Positions 27,916-38,314 of a stretch of DNA of 64,000 nucleotides are shown one piece after another. This DNA comes from an uncultured Anaerolineaceae bacterium (lineage in GTDB: Bacteria > Chloroflexota > Anaerolineae > JAAYZQ01): positions 1,358-65,357 of the forward strand of contig CAZQKE010000089.1 of NCBI GenBank assembly GCA_964593865.1. The letters are read 5' to 3'. The position numbers and the translations under genes were made by a program. Each line of letters begins with the position of its first letter. The first letter of the stretch is position 1. The notes under the pieces are model-generated. The model saw only the letters and a list, made by a program, of their open reading frames with translations, ran no database searches and was not told where the DNA came from.

Positions 27916-30438
27916 ATGACAGAGCCACAAAACACCCAGAACACAGAACCGGATCAACAAGAAGAAGAAACCGCCATCCCTTCTGAGTTGGCCATCTTGC
28001 CTCTGCGGGGGGTAGTCGTCTACCCGTTGACCTTCCAGGCCCTCAACGTGGGCCAGCCCCGTTCCATCCAACTGGTGGATGAAGCCACCGTCAAAAAGCG
28101 GATGATCGGCCTGGTCACGATCCACAACGACGAAGTGGAGGAAGCCGGACCGGATGATGTGTACCGGGTCGGCGTGGCCGCCGCCATCCACCGCATGATC
28201 AAAGCTCCCGATGGAACCATCCGCCTGCTGGTCCAGGGCGTGGAACGCATCCAGATCGACGAATGGACCGCGACCGAGCCGTACCTGCGGGCACGGGTTC
28301 ACCCCATTCCCGACACGGTAGAGGAAGGGCTGGAGATAGAGGCGTTGATGCGCAACGCCACCGATCTGTTGCGCCGCATGGTCTCTTTGGTCTCCCAACT
28401 GCCCGATGAGCTACTCATGGCCGCCATCAACCTGGACGACCCTCGGCAGTTGGTCTATTTCATCGCCACCAATATCCGCATGGAGATCCCCGACGCCCAG
28501 GCCATCTTGGAAATCGACAGCGTCCGCGAAAAACTGCTCAAACTGACCACCATCCTCACCAAGGAGCTAGAAGTGCTGGAACTGGGCCGCAAGATCCAAA
28601 GCGAGGCCCAGGGCGAAATGGAGAGGATGCAGCGCGAATACTTCTTGCGCGAGCAGCTCAAGGCCATCAAAAAGGAACTGGGCGAAGAGGATGAACAGGC
28701 CCTGGAGGTCGAAGAATACCGCAAAAAGATCGCCGAAGCGGGGATGCCGGAGGAGGCAGAAAAGGAGGCCCTGCGCGAACTGAGCCGTATGGAAAAGATG
28801 CCGCCCCAGGCTGCCGAATACTCGGTCATCAAGACCTATTTGGACTGGCTGACCGAGATGCCCTGGCAGGTGACGACGGAGGACCAACTGGACGTGGCCC
28901 ACGCCCGCAAGGTCCTGGACGAGGACCACTATGACCTGGAGGACATCAAAGAGCGCATCCTGGAGTACCTGGCCGTGCGCAAACTCCGCCTGGAACGCCA
29001 AGCGGAGCGGGAGGAAGACGAGCCGACAGACCTGATCCGAGGCGAGCGGGAAGGTGTCATCCTTTGCTTCGTCGGGCCGCCGGGCACGGGCAAAACCAGC
29101 CTGGGCCGTTCCATCGCCCGCGCCCTGGGGCGCAAGTTTATGCGCATGAGCCTGGGCGGGATGCGCGACGAAGCCGAAATCCGAGGCCACCGGCGGACCT
29201 ACATCGGGGCCATGCCGGGCCGCATCATCCAGATCATCAAGCGGGTGGGGACCAAGAACCCGGTCATCATGCTCGACGAAATTGACAAAGTGGGCAGCGA
29301 CTGGCGGGGCGACCCTTCCTCCGCCTTGCTGGAGGTGTTGGACCCGGAACAGAACCGCGATTTCCGCGACCACTACCTAGATGTGCCCTTTGACCTCAGC
29401 CAGGTGATGTTCATCACCACGGCCAACATGTTGGGGGCCATCCCTCCCGCCCTGCGCGACCGGATGGAGGTCCTGGAGCTGGACGGCTATACCGAGGATG
29501 AAAAGGTCCACATCGCCAAAAAATACCTCATCCCGCGCCAGATCAGGGAAAACGCCCTGCGCCCGGAAGAGATCTCGTTCGACGACGAAGCCATCCGGGG
29601 CATCATCCGCGACTATACCCGCGAAGCCGGTGTCCGCAACCTGGAACGACAGATCGGCAAAATCTGCCGCAAGGTTGCCACCCGCGTCGCCGAAGCGGAA
29701 GAGGACATCTCGGTCCGCGTGACAAAGGAGGACCTGGTCGAGTTCCTGGGCCGCCCTCGCTTCTACTACGAAGTGGCCCAGCGGACCGAAATCCCCGGCG
29801 TCGCCACCGGCCTGGTGTGGACGCCTGCCGGTGGGGACATCACCTTCGTTGAGGCGACGCGGATGCCGGGCAACAAGCGGCTCATCCTGACCGGCAAACT
29901 GGGCGATGTGATGAAAGAGTCGGCTCAAGCCGCCGTCAGTTACGTCTACTCCAAAGCGGAGGAACTGGGCATTGACCCCGATCTCATCCGCAAGAGCGAC
30001 CTGCACATCCACGTTCCGGCGGGAGCCGTGCCCAAGGATGGGCCGTCGGCGGGCGTGACCATGGCCACCGCCCTCGTCTCCCTGCTGACCAATCGCAAAG
30101 TGCGGGCCGATGTCGCCATGACCGGCGAGATCACCCTGCGGGGCCAGGTGCTGCCGGTGGGCGGCATCAAACAGAAGGTCCTGGCCGCCGCCCGTGTAGG
30201 CATTGACACCGTGATCCTGCCCGCCCGCAACGAGCCAGACCTGGAAGACATCCCGGAAGAGGTGCGGGAAAAGATGACCTTCATCTTTGCCGACCGCGTG
30301 GACGAAGTCTTTGCCGCCGCCTTGCGCCCCCCGGAGCCGGAAGAGGAGCACGCACCCAAAGATTCGGAAAACATCGAAGCAGACAATGAGGAGCAAAAAT
30401 CCGGTGCAAACGGTTCGGAAGAAGATTCTGATCATTGA
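27916..30438 (+). CDS. lon: ATP-dependent protease La (Lon)
   Basis: Lon N-terminal domain. AAA Walker [10 protein letters not shown]. Catalytic Ser/Lys proteolytic domain (DGPSAG...K). Confidence 0.95.
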   Translation: MTEPQNTQNTEPDQQEEETAIPSELAILPLRGVVVYPLTFQALNVGQPRSIQLVDEATVKKRMIGLVTIHNDEVEEAGPDDVYRVGVAAAIHRMIKAPDGTIRLLVQGVERIQIDEWTATEPYLRARVHPIPDTVEEGLEIEALMRNATDLLRRMVSLVSQLPDELLMAAINLDDPRQLVYFIATNIRMEIPDAQAILEIDSVREKLLKLTTILTKELEVLELGRKIQSEAQGEMERMQREYFLREQLKAIKKELGEEDEQALEVEEYRKKIAEAGMPEEAEKEALRELSRMEKMPPQAAEYSVIKTYLDWLTEMPWQVTTEDQLDVAHARKVLDEDHYDLEDIKERILEYLAVRKLRLERQAEREEDEPTDLIRGEREGVILCFVGPPGTGKTSLGRSIARALGRKFMRMSLGGMRDEAEIRGHRRTYIGAMPGRIIQIIKRVGTKNPVIMLDEIDKVGSDWRGDPSSALLEVLDPEQNRDFRDHYLDVPFDLSQVMFITTANMLGAIPPALRDRMEVLELDGYTEDEKVHIAKKYLIPRQIRENALRPEEISFDDEAIRGIIRDYTREAGVRNLERQIGKICRKVATRVAEAEEDISVRVTKEDLVEFLGRPRFYYEVAQRTEIPGVATGLVWTPAGGDITFVEATRMPGNKRLILTGKLGDVMKESAQAAVSYVYSKAEELGIDPDLIRKSDLHIHVPAGAVPKDGPSAGVTMATALVSLLTNRKVRADVAMTGEITLRGQVLPVGGIKQKVLAAARVGIDTVILPARNEPDLEDIPEEVREKMTFIFADRVDEVFAAALRPPEPEEEHAPKDSENIEADNEEQKSGANGSEEDSDH

Positions 30439-30775
30439 CGATGACCCTGCGGGCACACGGTTGCTTTCCGCCGTGTTGGAGATGGAGGGGTTTCAGCCCC
30501 TGATCCTGGAGAATTGGCGAGATCCCCTCAAGGAGGTAGCGCAATTACAACCGGACCTGGTGATCATGGACGTTTACCTGCGGACGACCACCGGGTTGCA
30601 CCTTCTCAGCCGCTTGCGGGAGCATCCCGACCCCCAAGTGGCCCGCATCCCGGTCCTGATGATGTCCGCCGAGAACCAGGCACACAAAAGCGCCCAGGCA
30701 GGAGCCAACGGGTTCCTGGAAAAACCGTTCCAGATTCAAGATCTCCTCGACGCCATCCGAAATGCCACGGCTTGA
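30386..30775 (+). CDS. Single-domain response regulator (CheY-like receiver); the start overlaps the lon 3' end
   Basis: [20 protein letters not shown], and a conserved Lys region. Start chosen at MRSKNP. The track ORF begins earlier at 30287. Confidence 0.7.
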   Translation: MRSKNPVQTVRKKILIIDDDPAGTRLLSAVLEMEGFQPLILENWRDPLKEVAQLQPDLVIMDVYLRTTTGLHLLSRLREHPDPQVARIPVLMMSAENQAHKSAQAGANGFLEKPFQIQDLLDAIRNATA

Positions 30776-30869
30776 ACACACCCCACGCAAGCCCCGTAGG
30801 CGTTCCTGCCGGGCGCGAGGCATCACCCGCTTTGCCGTAAACGAGATTTCAGAAAAGTGAGGAATTCAT

Positions 30870-32567
30870 GTGACAAAGAAGAAAAAAAAGAAGATGCAGT
30901 GGTACAAGATGGACCTGCATCTCCACACACCCGCTTCTGCCGATTGGCAAGAACCGGGGGTTGACTATTTGGACCTGCTCCACACAGCGGAGATGCGGGG
31001 GTTGGACATTATTGCCATCACCGACCACAACACCGTTGCCGGTTGCGCGGCATTGCAGGCGGACATTGAGAAACTTGATTTATTGGAACGATTGGGGAGA
31101 ATCCAGCCTGACGAACAGCGCAGATTGGACGAGTACCGGCGCATTGGGAACAAGATTTTGGTATTGCCGGGGTTTGAATTCACGGCCACATTGGGATTTC
31201 ATATTTTGGCCGTCTTCCCGCCCGAAACCTCGATCCGCCGATTGGAACATTTGCTGCTGGAGTTGAACGTACCGGCTTCCATGCTGGACGAAGGAGCGAC
31301 CGAAGTCGGGGCCACCGTTGATGTCCTGACCGCCTACCGCCTCATTGACGAAGCGGGGGGCCTGGTCATCGCCGCCCACGCCAACTCAAGCCACGGCGTG
31401 GCCTTACAGGGCCTCAACTTTGGCGGCCAGACGCGCATCGCCTACACCCAAGACCGTCACCTGCACGCCCTGGAAGTCACCGACCTGGAAAAGCGAGGCC
31501 GCCGGACGACCGCCTCCTTTTTCAGCGGGCGCAAACCGGAATACCCCCGGCGGATGCACTGCATCCAGGGATCCGACGCCCACCGCCGCAACCGCGATCC
31601 CGACGATCCCGGCCGTTTGGGGTGGGGCGACCGCGTGACCGAAATCCTGTTGCCGGAGCCGACCTTTGAGGCCATCAAGGCCGTCTTTTTGGGCGATGAC
31701 TTTTCCCGAACGCGGCCCTACCGCCCGGCCAAAGCCCCTTTTGACCACGTCCAAGCCGCCCGCGAAGAAGGCCCCAGCATCGTCCAAGCCTTCCACGAGA
31801 GCATGACCAAGCGCGGTGGGCGGCTCCATGCCATCCTGCGGGATGTGGTCGCCATGGCCAACACCAACGGCGGGACCATCTTTGTCGGCGTCAAGGCCGA
31901 TCCTAAGGCGATCCCGGCGGGCATCTCCGACCCGGAGGCGGCCGCCGCCACCCTCAAGGCCGAGATCCAACGCATGATCACCCCGCCCCTGGACGTAGAG
32001 ATCACAACGGTAGAAACCCATGGCCGTCCTGTGCTGCAGCTGAGCGTCCCCCTGGGCGAAGATGTACCCTACGCCCTGGACGGGACCAAAATCTACCTCC
32101 GCCAAGAGACCGAGACCCACCAGGCCATGCGCGACGAAATCGTCGCCCTGGTCCGCCGCGCCCTGCAGGGCAAAGAGCAGGATGCGGAAAAGGCCGAAGC
32201 AGAAGAGACGGCAGCCGGGGGCGTTGAACCACCGGGAACCGGCGTCCAAATCCTGGAAACCGTAGAGCGCAAGGGAACCCTTTACCACACCATGAAGAAC
32301 CTGCGCAACGGCAGCATCGTCCACAACGTGACCCGCTCCTCGGCCCGGAAGCTATGGCGATACGCCATCACCGAACATGAAAACAACCCGGTGCAGGAGG
32401 ACAAGGTCCGTTGGCAAGGCAACTTGGGGCTGTGGAAATCGTCGCGTCGGGCGGGAAAAGTGCGCTATGACCTGGTCCAGCGGATGCCCGACGGCCAGCT
32501 GCATGTCTACTATGGCGTCACGGAGGACGGCATAGACGGCCCCTGGCGCGTGTTTTTGGAAGAGTAA
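30870..32567 (+). CDS. PHP-domain (TrpH/YciV/RNase AM-like metal-dependent phosphoesterase) protein fused to an AlbA_2 (Schlafen-like) domain, with a poly-Lys N-terminus
   Basis: GTG start after a GTGAGG SD. N-terminus MTKKKKKKMQWYKMDLHLHTPAS...ITDHNT...PGFEF is a PHP fold. Middle region AILRDVVAMANTNGGTIFVGVKAD...YALDGTKIYLRQETETHQAM is AlbA_2. The C-terminal ~130 aa are unassigned. Confidence 0.7.
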   Translation: MTKKKKKKMQWYKMDLHLHTPASADWQEPGVDYLDLLHTAEMRGLDIIAITDHNTVAGCAALQADIEKLDLLERLGRIQPDEQRRLDEYRRIGNKILVLPGFEFTATLGFHILAVFPPETSIRRLEHLLLELNVPASMLDEGATEVGATVDVLTAYRLIDEAGGLVIAAHANSSHGVALQGLNFGGQTRIAYTQDRHLHALEVTDLEKRGRRTTASFFSGRKPEYPRRMHCIQGSDAHRRNRDPDDPGRLGWGDRVTEILLPEPTFEAIKAVFLGDDFSRTRPYRPAKAPFDHVQAAREEGPSIVQAFHESMTKRGGRLHAILRDVVAMANTNGGTIFVGVKADPKAIPAGISDPEAAAATLKAEIQRMITPPLDVEITTVETHGRPVLQLSVPLGEDVPYALDGTKIYLRQETETHQAMRDEIVALVRRALQGKEQDAEKAEAEETAAGGVEPPGTGVQILETVERKGTLYHTMKNLRNGSIVHNVTRSSARKLWRYAITEHENNPVQEDKVRWQGNLGLWKSSRRAGKVRYDLVQRMPDGQLHVYYGVTEDGIDGPWRVFLEE

Positions 32568-32834
32568 GGTCGGTCCAAGTTGCTCTTTTGGGGCTTGGCC
32601 GTCCGCAAGTGCGCCCGAATACACGAGTGGGCCGGGCACACTTGCGCGTTCGGCTCGATTCGCGGACGGCCCGCCCTGGCCGAGGGGATGGGCCGTCCCG
32701 CGGTACGTCGACGGGGATGAACCGCCGGTCGGTTCGTGCCGGGCTGCAATCCGGCATAAGGGCGCAATCTGTGACCGATTCCGGAGACCTGCGCCACGGT
32801 CCGGCGGGGGGGGTACCTGCAGAAGGGTTGTGCT

Positions 32835-34145
32835 ATGACAACGAAATCATCTACCGATCCTTATGAGCAATACATCCCGGAGCCGAAATCTATCGAGGAA
32901 ACGGGCCTGACCATGGGCTTTATCGCCGATCTGGTGCTCAAACTGGTCTACTACAAGAGCGAGATGAGCAGCATGGAGATCGCCGAGGAACTGGCCCTGC
33001 CCTACGTGGGCATCATGGAAAAGGTTCTGGACTTTCTCAAGAGAGAAGAATACATAGAGGTCTCCGGTTCCAAGGGGTTCGGGGAAAGGGGATACCAATG
33101 GGTTATCACCGGCAAGGGCAGCGACCGGGCGGTCAAGGCCCTGGATCGGGATATGTACATCGGCCCGGCCCCCGTCCCCCTGGAGGCGTATAACCAGATG
33201 GTCCGGCGGCAGACCATAGGCCGTTTACGCGTCGGCCCGGCGGAGGTTCGTCAGGCCCTTTCCCACCTGGTGTTGAGTGGGGAGTTGGTCAACCGGATCG
33301 GCCCTGCGGTCAACTCCGGGCACTCCCTCTTCCTGTACGGGCCGCCGGGCAACGGCAAGACGGTCATCGCCAAGGGCATTATCCGGATGCTCAAAGGACA
33401 CGTCTACATTCCCTACGCCGTGACGGTGGACGGTCAGATCATCCGCGTCTTTGATGAGATGAATCACAAGCGGATCAAAGGGCCGCCGGAGCGGGAACGG
33501 CAGGAGGGCAGCGGCTTGGGCGCCCGGCGGTTGGACCCCCGTTGGGTGCGGATTCGTCGCCCGGAGATCGTCGTCGGCGGTGAGCTGACCATGCATAACC
33601 TGGACCTGATCTACGATCCCATCTCCAAAACCTACGAAGCCCCCCTGCAGATGAAGGCCAACAACGGGCTGTTCGTCATTGACGACTTTGGCCGCCAGCC
33701 GATGCGTCCCCAGGACCTGCTCAACCGCTGGATCGTCCCTTTGGAAATGCATATTGACTTTCTGACCCTGCAGACGGGCAAAAAGATAGAGATCCCCTTT
33801 GACGAACTGATCGTCTTTTCTACCAACCTGGACCCCAAAGACCTGGTGGATGATGCCTTCCTGCGGCGCATTCGCCACAAACTGCTGATTGATTACCCCG
33901 ATGAAAAGATGTTCTACCAGATCATGCAACAAGAATGCGCCCGCCGGAACATGGACCTACCGCCGGAGGCGTTTGTCTACCTGATCCAAAAACATTACAT
34001 CGCCGCCGACCGGCCCTTGCGCTCCTGCCATCCCCGCGACCTGTTGGACCAGATTGAAGATATTGCCTCCTATCTGGGAATCAAACCGGTCCTTTCCAAG
34101 CAGCTCATTGATGCTGCTTGCGAGAGCTACTTTGCCGAGGTCTGA
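32835..34145 (+). CDS. AAA+ ATPase (classical clade with SRH) with an N-terminal winged-helix-like domain; family not recognised
   Basis: Walker A GPPGNGKT. Walker B LFVIDDFG. Sensor-1/SRH FSTNLDPKDLVDDAFLRRIRH. N-terminal ~110 aa look like a winged-helix domain. Confidence 0.7.
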   Translation: MTTKSSTDPYEQYIPEPKSIEETGLTMGFIADLVLKLVYYKSEMSSMEIAEELALPYVGIMEKVLDFLKREEYIEVSGSKGFGERGYQWVITGKGSDRAVKALDRDMYIGPAPVPLEAYNQMVRRQTIGRLRVGPAEVRQALSHLVLSGELVNRIGPAVNSGHSLFLYGPPGNGKTVIAKGIIRMLKGHVYIPYAVTVDGQIIRVFDEMNHKRIKGPPERERQEGSGLGARRLDPRWVRIRRPEIVVGGELTMHNLDLIYDPISKTYEAPLQMKANNGLFVIDDFGRQPMRPQDLLNRWIVPLEMHIDFLTLQTGKKIEIPFDELIVFSTNLDPKDLVDDAFLRRIRHKLLIDYPDEKMFYQIMQQECARRNMDLPPEAFVYLIQKHYIAADRPLRSCHPRDLLDQIEDIASYLGIKPVLSKQLIDAACESYFAEV

Positions 34146-34146
34146 G

Positions 34147-34665
34147 ATGGCGATCCGAGTCGGAATCTTGACCGTCAGCGACCGGGGCTACCGAGGCGAA
34201 TACCGCGATCTCAGCGGCCCCTTGATCCGCGAGATGGTGCAAGAGCGTTTGGGGGCCGCCGTCGAGCAGGAAACCATCGTGCCCGACGAGCGGGCGGTCA
34301 TCGCGGCCACCTTGCGCACCTGGGCCGATGCTGCGCACCTGGACCTGGTGCTCACCACGGGAGGGACGGGGTTCGCTCCCCGCGATGTGACGCCGGAGGC
34401 AACCCGCGATGTCATTGAGCGGGAAGCACCGGGCTTGGTCGAAGCGATGCGGGCTGCCGGCCTTGCGGTCACACCCTACGCCATGCTCTCGCGGGCCGTG
34501 GCCGGGATCAGAGGGCGGACCCTCATCGTGAACCTGCCCGGCAGCCCCAAAGCGGTGCGCGAAAACCTGGAGACGATCTTGCCTGCCTTGCCCCACGCCG
34601 TAGAGCTGCTACAGGGCCGCAAAGGGACAGACCGCCACCCGGACGAACGTTCCCGGTCGGCCTGA
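34147..34665 (+). CDS. mog: Molybdopterin adenylyltransferase / molybdenum cofactor biosynthesis protein (MogA/MoaB family)
   Basis: MAIRVGILTVSDRG..., GGTGFAPRD motif. Start trimmed to MAIRV, 2 nt after the upstream stop. Confidence 0.8.
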   Translation: MAIRVGILTVSDRGYRGEYRDLSGPLIREMVQERLGAAVEQETIVPDERAVIAATLRTWADAAHLDLVLTTGGTGFAPRDVTPEATRDVIEREAPGLVEAMRAAGLAVTPYAMLSRAVAGIRGRTLIVNLPGSPKAVRENLETILPALPHAVELLQGRKGTDRHPDERSRSA

Positions 34666-34870
34666 TCCCGCCACGCCACGACGGGGCGCAGGCAGAGGCG
34701 TCTATCGTTCCCGGTGTCGGCTTTGAGGCCGGGCGTGTGCCCTCATCTTGCCCGCCGTGGGATCGCGGAGGGGAAGCGCAAACCCTGTCGTCTCTCGGCG
34801 GTCCCTGCGCCACTACAGCGCGAACCTTGTAAAAAGGATATGGTGTCAACGGCGTATCCCGGAGGTAACG

Positions 34871-36115
34871 ATGGAAGCAGATCTCCTCATCTATGATGCA
34901 GATCAGGTGTTGACGCTGGCCTCCCCCGGTGGCCCCAAACGGGGCGCGGCCATGAGCGATCTGGGGATCATCCCCAACGGAGCGGTAGCCATCCGCGATG
35001 GGCGCATTGTAGATGTCGGTCCTTCTGAAGAGCTGCGCAGCCAGGTGCGGGCTGCCCATACGTTGTACGTCAAGGGGGTTTTGGTCATGCCCGGCTTTGT
35101 GGACCCCCACACCCACCTGGTTTGGGCCGGGGAGCGGTCCGATGAATTTGAAATGCGTGTGGCCGGGGCCAGCTACCAAGAGATCATGGCCGCCGGTGGC
35201 GGAATTATGAACACCGTGCGCCATACGCGGGCGGCTTCCCTGGACGATCTGACGGCCCAAAGCCTCGCCCGCCTGGAGCAGATGTTGGCCCACGGCACGA
35301 CGACGGTTGAGATCAAAACGGGTTACGGCCTGAACGTCGCCGACGAATTGAAGCAATTGGAGGTCATAAGCCGTTTGCAGGCCGATACGCCCGCCCGCTT
35401 GGTCCCGACCTTTTTGGGCGCCCATGCCATCCCCGCCGAATATACGGATCGCGCCGATGAATATGTGGACCTTGTTGTGGAGGAAATGCTGCCCGCCGCC
35501 GTCGCTTCCGATGCCCCGCCGACCTTTTGCGATGTCTTTTGTGAGGAGGGGGCCTTTTCGTTGGAGCAATCGCGGCGGGTATTGGAAGCGGCCCGCGATC
35601 TGGGCTTGGGCCTCAAGATACACGCCGACGAGTTCGCAGCCCTGGGCGGCACGCGGCTGGCCGTTGAACTGGGGGCCGTCTCGGCGGACCATCTGGTTTG
35701 TACCCCACCCGAAGAGATCGAGATGCTGGCCCGTTCGGATACGGTGGCCGTAGCCCTGCCGGGCACACCCTTCGGCCTGGGGCAGCAGGATTACACCCCG
35801 GCCAGGGCCATCATTGAGGCAGGAGGGGCGGTGGCATTGGCCACCGATTGCAATCCGGGGACCTCTTGGTGCGAAAATATGCAGTTCATGATCGCCCTGG
35901 CCTGCCGTTACATGGGCCTGACCCCGGCGGAAGCCGTCAGCGCGGCGACCATCAACGCCGCCTATGCCGTCGGCCTGGGCCACGAGGTCGGCAGCTTGGA
36001 ACCGGGCAAGCGGGCCGACCTAATCCTGCTCGATGTGCCCTCCCATCGTCATCTGGGCTATCGCTTTGGCTCCAACCTGGTCCGAGCGGTCATCGCCGCA
36101 GGGCAGGTCCTCTGA
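34871..36115 (+). CDS. hutI: Imidazolonepropionase-like amidohydrolase
   Basis: HTHLVWAGERSDEF..., metal-binding His/Asp set of the amidohydrolase superfamily, with HutI-like spacing. Start re-picked at MEADLL with a GGAGGT SD. Confidence 0.7.
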   Translation: MEADLLIYDADQVLTLASPGGPKRGAAMSDLGIIPNGAVAIRDGRIVDVGPSEELRSQVRAAHTLYVKGVLVMPGFVDPHTHLVWAGERSDEFEMRVAGASYQEIMAAGGGIMNTVRHTRAASLDDLTAQSLARLEQMLAHGTTTVEIKTGYGLNVADELKQLEVISRLQADTPARLVPTFLGAHAIPAEYTDRADEYVDLVVEEMLPAAVASDAPPTFCDVFCEEGAFSLEQSRRVLEAARDLGLGLKIHADEFAALGGTRLAVELGAVSADHLVCTPPEEIEMLARSDTVAVALPGTPFGLGQQDYTPARAIIEAGGAVALATDCNPGTSWCENMQFMIALACRYMGLTPAEAVSAATINAAYAVGLGHEVGSLEPGKRADLILLDVPSHRHLGYRFGSNLVRAVIAAGQVL

Positions 36116-36161
36116 ACGCCCGGTCCGAGGCCTGGCCGGTCACCGACCGGCATCAGACTCC

Positions 36162-36374
36162 TCAAAAGCCGTTGAACCCCACCGTCACCTGCCCATCCCG
36201 GAGGATGGTAGGCACATGGCGGCGACCGCCGTTCAGCTCCAACATGCGCTTGAGGGCGTCGGGATCGGCTTTGACGTTGTACTCGGTGTAGCGGATGCCC
36301 TGCCGCCGGAGATCGGCTTTGGCCGCCGCGCAGTAGGGGCAGCCCGGCTTGGTAAAAATCGTCACTTCGCTCAT
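36162..36374 (-). CDS. Glutaredoxin-like protein (NrdH/Grx family, CPYC active site)
   Basis: MSEVTIFTKPGCPYCAAAK...TVGFNGF. 70 aa. Confidence 0.85.
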   Translation of the reverse strand: MSEVTIFTKPGCPYCAAAKADLRRQGIRYTEYNVKADPDALKRMLELNGGRRHVPTILRDGQVTVGFNGF

Positions 36375-36725
36375 CCGATACCTCCTTTACGTCACATTTT
36401 GCGTCTGAAACGGTCCTTTGGCCGTTCCGGCTGTGCATTCCGCGCCACAACGGCGGGGTGTGCCGAGGACCGGTCCCCGCGTTCCTCTGCCGCCTTTGGA
36501 CCGCGGGCCGGAGGTTGTGCGACGGCGTGCCGCCCGTGCATGGGTAACCCTCACCCTCCTGCAGAGTAGGGCCGGTGCGTTTGCCGTTCCCGCGCCGGTC
36601 GCGCCGCCGGGGGATGGCGTTTCCCTGCGGCTTCTGCCCCCGCGGTGTGCCGTCTTGGAAGTGCCTTGCCCTCTCCCACAGGCCCCCTGCAGGAGGGTGT
36701 CTACGGAGCATTCGGCAGGGGAATC

Positions 36726-37034
36726 TCAGGTATCTTGGGCGATCAGCTGCACGTTGGCGTCATCGGGCGGGCGGTTCTTCTCGATCCATGCCTCAAACCA
36801 TTCGGGATCCCACCAATGGATGAGGGCCGCTGCCCGGTCCGGTCGCTGGCTGAGGAGACTGTTGATGGCATACTTTTCCTGGTATGCTTTGTCCACCGCC
36901 TTGTCCACCTCGGTATGGCTTACCTTCCCGGCTTTCCACGCCTGGAAGGTTTCGCACAGGGGTTCCATAATTTTATGCCAGCGGTAGTTCCAATAATCGT
37001 CGGTCAGCTTCTCTTCCCACGTTTTGAGCGTCAT
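36726..37034 (-). CDS. Hypothetical Trp-rich small protein co-transcribed downstream of the HdrD-like gene
   Basis: 102 aa. Start 17 nt after the upstream stop. No motif recognised. Confidence 0.45.
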   Translation of the reverse strand: MTLKTWEEKLTDDYWNYRWHKIMEPLCETFQAWKAGKVSHTEVDKAVDKAYQEKYAINSLLSQRPDRAAALIHWWDPEWFEAWIEKNRPPDDANVQLIAQDT

Positions 37035-37050
37035 CTTGTCCCCCTTCTTA

Positions 37051-38301
37051 TCAGACGATCAGGGCATCGGCAATCAGGTCAATGACCCCTTTGATCTCAA
37101 TGTTCAGTTCGTAGTGTTTGTTCAGGTCTTCCAACTGGGCTTTGCAGTTCTCGCACGCGGTGACGACCCACTTGGCCTCGGTCTGGCGGATCTGTTGGAC
37201 TTTGGGCAGGCCACCCTCCATCCGCCGTTCGAATTTCTCATCGGCGGCGGCAATGAGACCGCCCCCACCACCACAGCACCAGTTCAGTTCACGGTTGGGC
37301 GTCATCTCCCGAAAGTCGGTGGCAACGGCATGGATCAGCGCCCGCGGCTCGTCGTACATGCCGGAGCTGCGCCCCAGGCTGCACGAATCGTGGAAGGTCA
37401 TGGGGGTATCAAAAAGATTCGGTTTGATCTTGATCCGCCCTTGTTTCAGGTATTCGTAAGTCAAGGGCACGATGTTAAGCCGCTCAATGCCGGCGATCTC
37501 ATCGCCGAACCAGCTTTCAAAGTAATTGAACAGAGTTCGGCTGGCGTGCCCGCATTCGGGATACACGATGGCTTTGACACCCAGTCGCTTGGCCTCGTCT
37601 ACGATCCACTGGGCTGCCTGTTTGGATTTGGCCCCATCCCCGACAAAGTAGGAATGGTTGGTGGCCGTGAACATGCTCAGCGTCCAGTTTTCCCCGGCGG
37701 CGAAAAAGATCTTGGCCGCCGGAATGATGGCGTGTTCGCCCACAAGGGGCACGTACAGCATGTCGGCCCCTTCCTTGCCCACGGGGATCGTGAGATCGGG
37801 GTGGAACTCGGCCTGCAATTGAGCCTCCAGCTCGCTGACCTGTTCCAGGAAAAAGTCCTTGACGAATTCTATGATCTCGCCTTTGGCCACCTCCGAATCG
37901 CCGATCTCGGCGATGATCTCCGGCCCGATCCCCTCCTTGAGGATGGCGTAGCGGGCCGTGCCGACCAGTAAGCCGGTATCCAGGTCAAAAGGACAGAAGA
38001 CGGCACAGCGTCGGCAACCGGTGCAATCCCACAGGGCCTTTTCCAACTGGGCGGCCAGAACGGCGTCGTTGTGGGGTAGCTCGTGGTACCAGTCCGCCAG
38101 CTTATTGTTGCCGGCCTTGCTGGCCTCCAGGGCCTGTTTGATCAAGACCATGCGCTGAGCCGGGATGTGAGCAGGGTCTTGGGAAACGGTGTAAAAGTGG
38201 CAGGCATCGGCGCAGGAGCCGCAGCGGACGCAAATGTCGGCATAGTATTGGATGGGCCGGTTGAAGCGGTCGCGCATTGTTTCGACAAATTGGTTCAACA
38301 T
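37051..38301 (-). CDS. HdrD/DsrK/GlpC-like iron-sulfur protein: two [4Fe-4S] ferredoxin motifs plus two CCG cysteine-rich domains
   Basis: CVRCGSCADAC and CTGCRRCAVFCP. CCG domains YPECGHA and NWCCGGGGG...ACENCK. About 416 aa, matching HdrD size. Confidence 0.75.
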   Translation of the reverse strand: MLNQFVETMRDRFNRPIQYYADICVRCGSCADACHFYTVSQDPAHIPAQRMVLIKQALEASKAGNNKLADWYHELPHNDAVLAAQLEKALWDCTGCRRCAVFCPFDLDTGLLVGTARYAILKEGIGPEIIAEIGDSEVAKGEIIEFVKDFFLEQVSELEAQLQAEFHPDLTIPVGKEGADMLYVPLVGEHAIIPAAKIFFAAGENWTLSMFTATNHSYFVGDGAKSKQAAQWIVDEAKRLGVKAIVYPECGHASRTLFNYFESWFGDEIAGIERLNIVPLTYEYLKQGRIKIKPNLFDTPMTFHDSCSLGRSSGMYDEPRALIHAVATDFREMTPNRELNWCCGGGGGLIAAADEKFERRMEGGLPKVQQIRQTEAKWVVTACENCKAQLEDLNKHYELNIEIKGVIDLIADALIV

Positions 38302-38314
38302 GGTGAGGACCTCC

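Noticed and set aside
34523-35983. 486-aa minus-strand ORF
   Set aside because: Antisense to hutI. Gly/Arg-rich nonsense.
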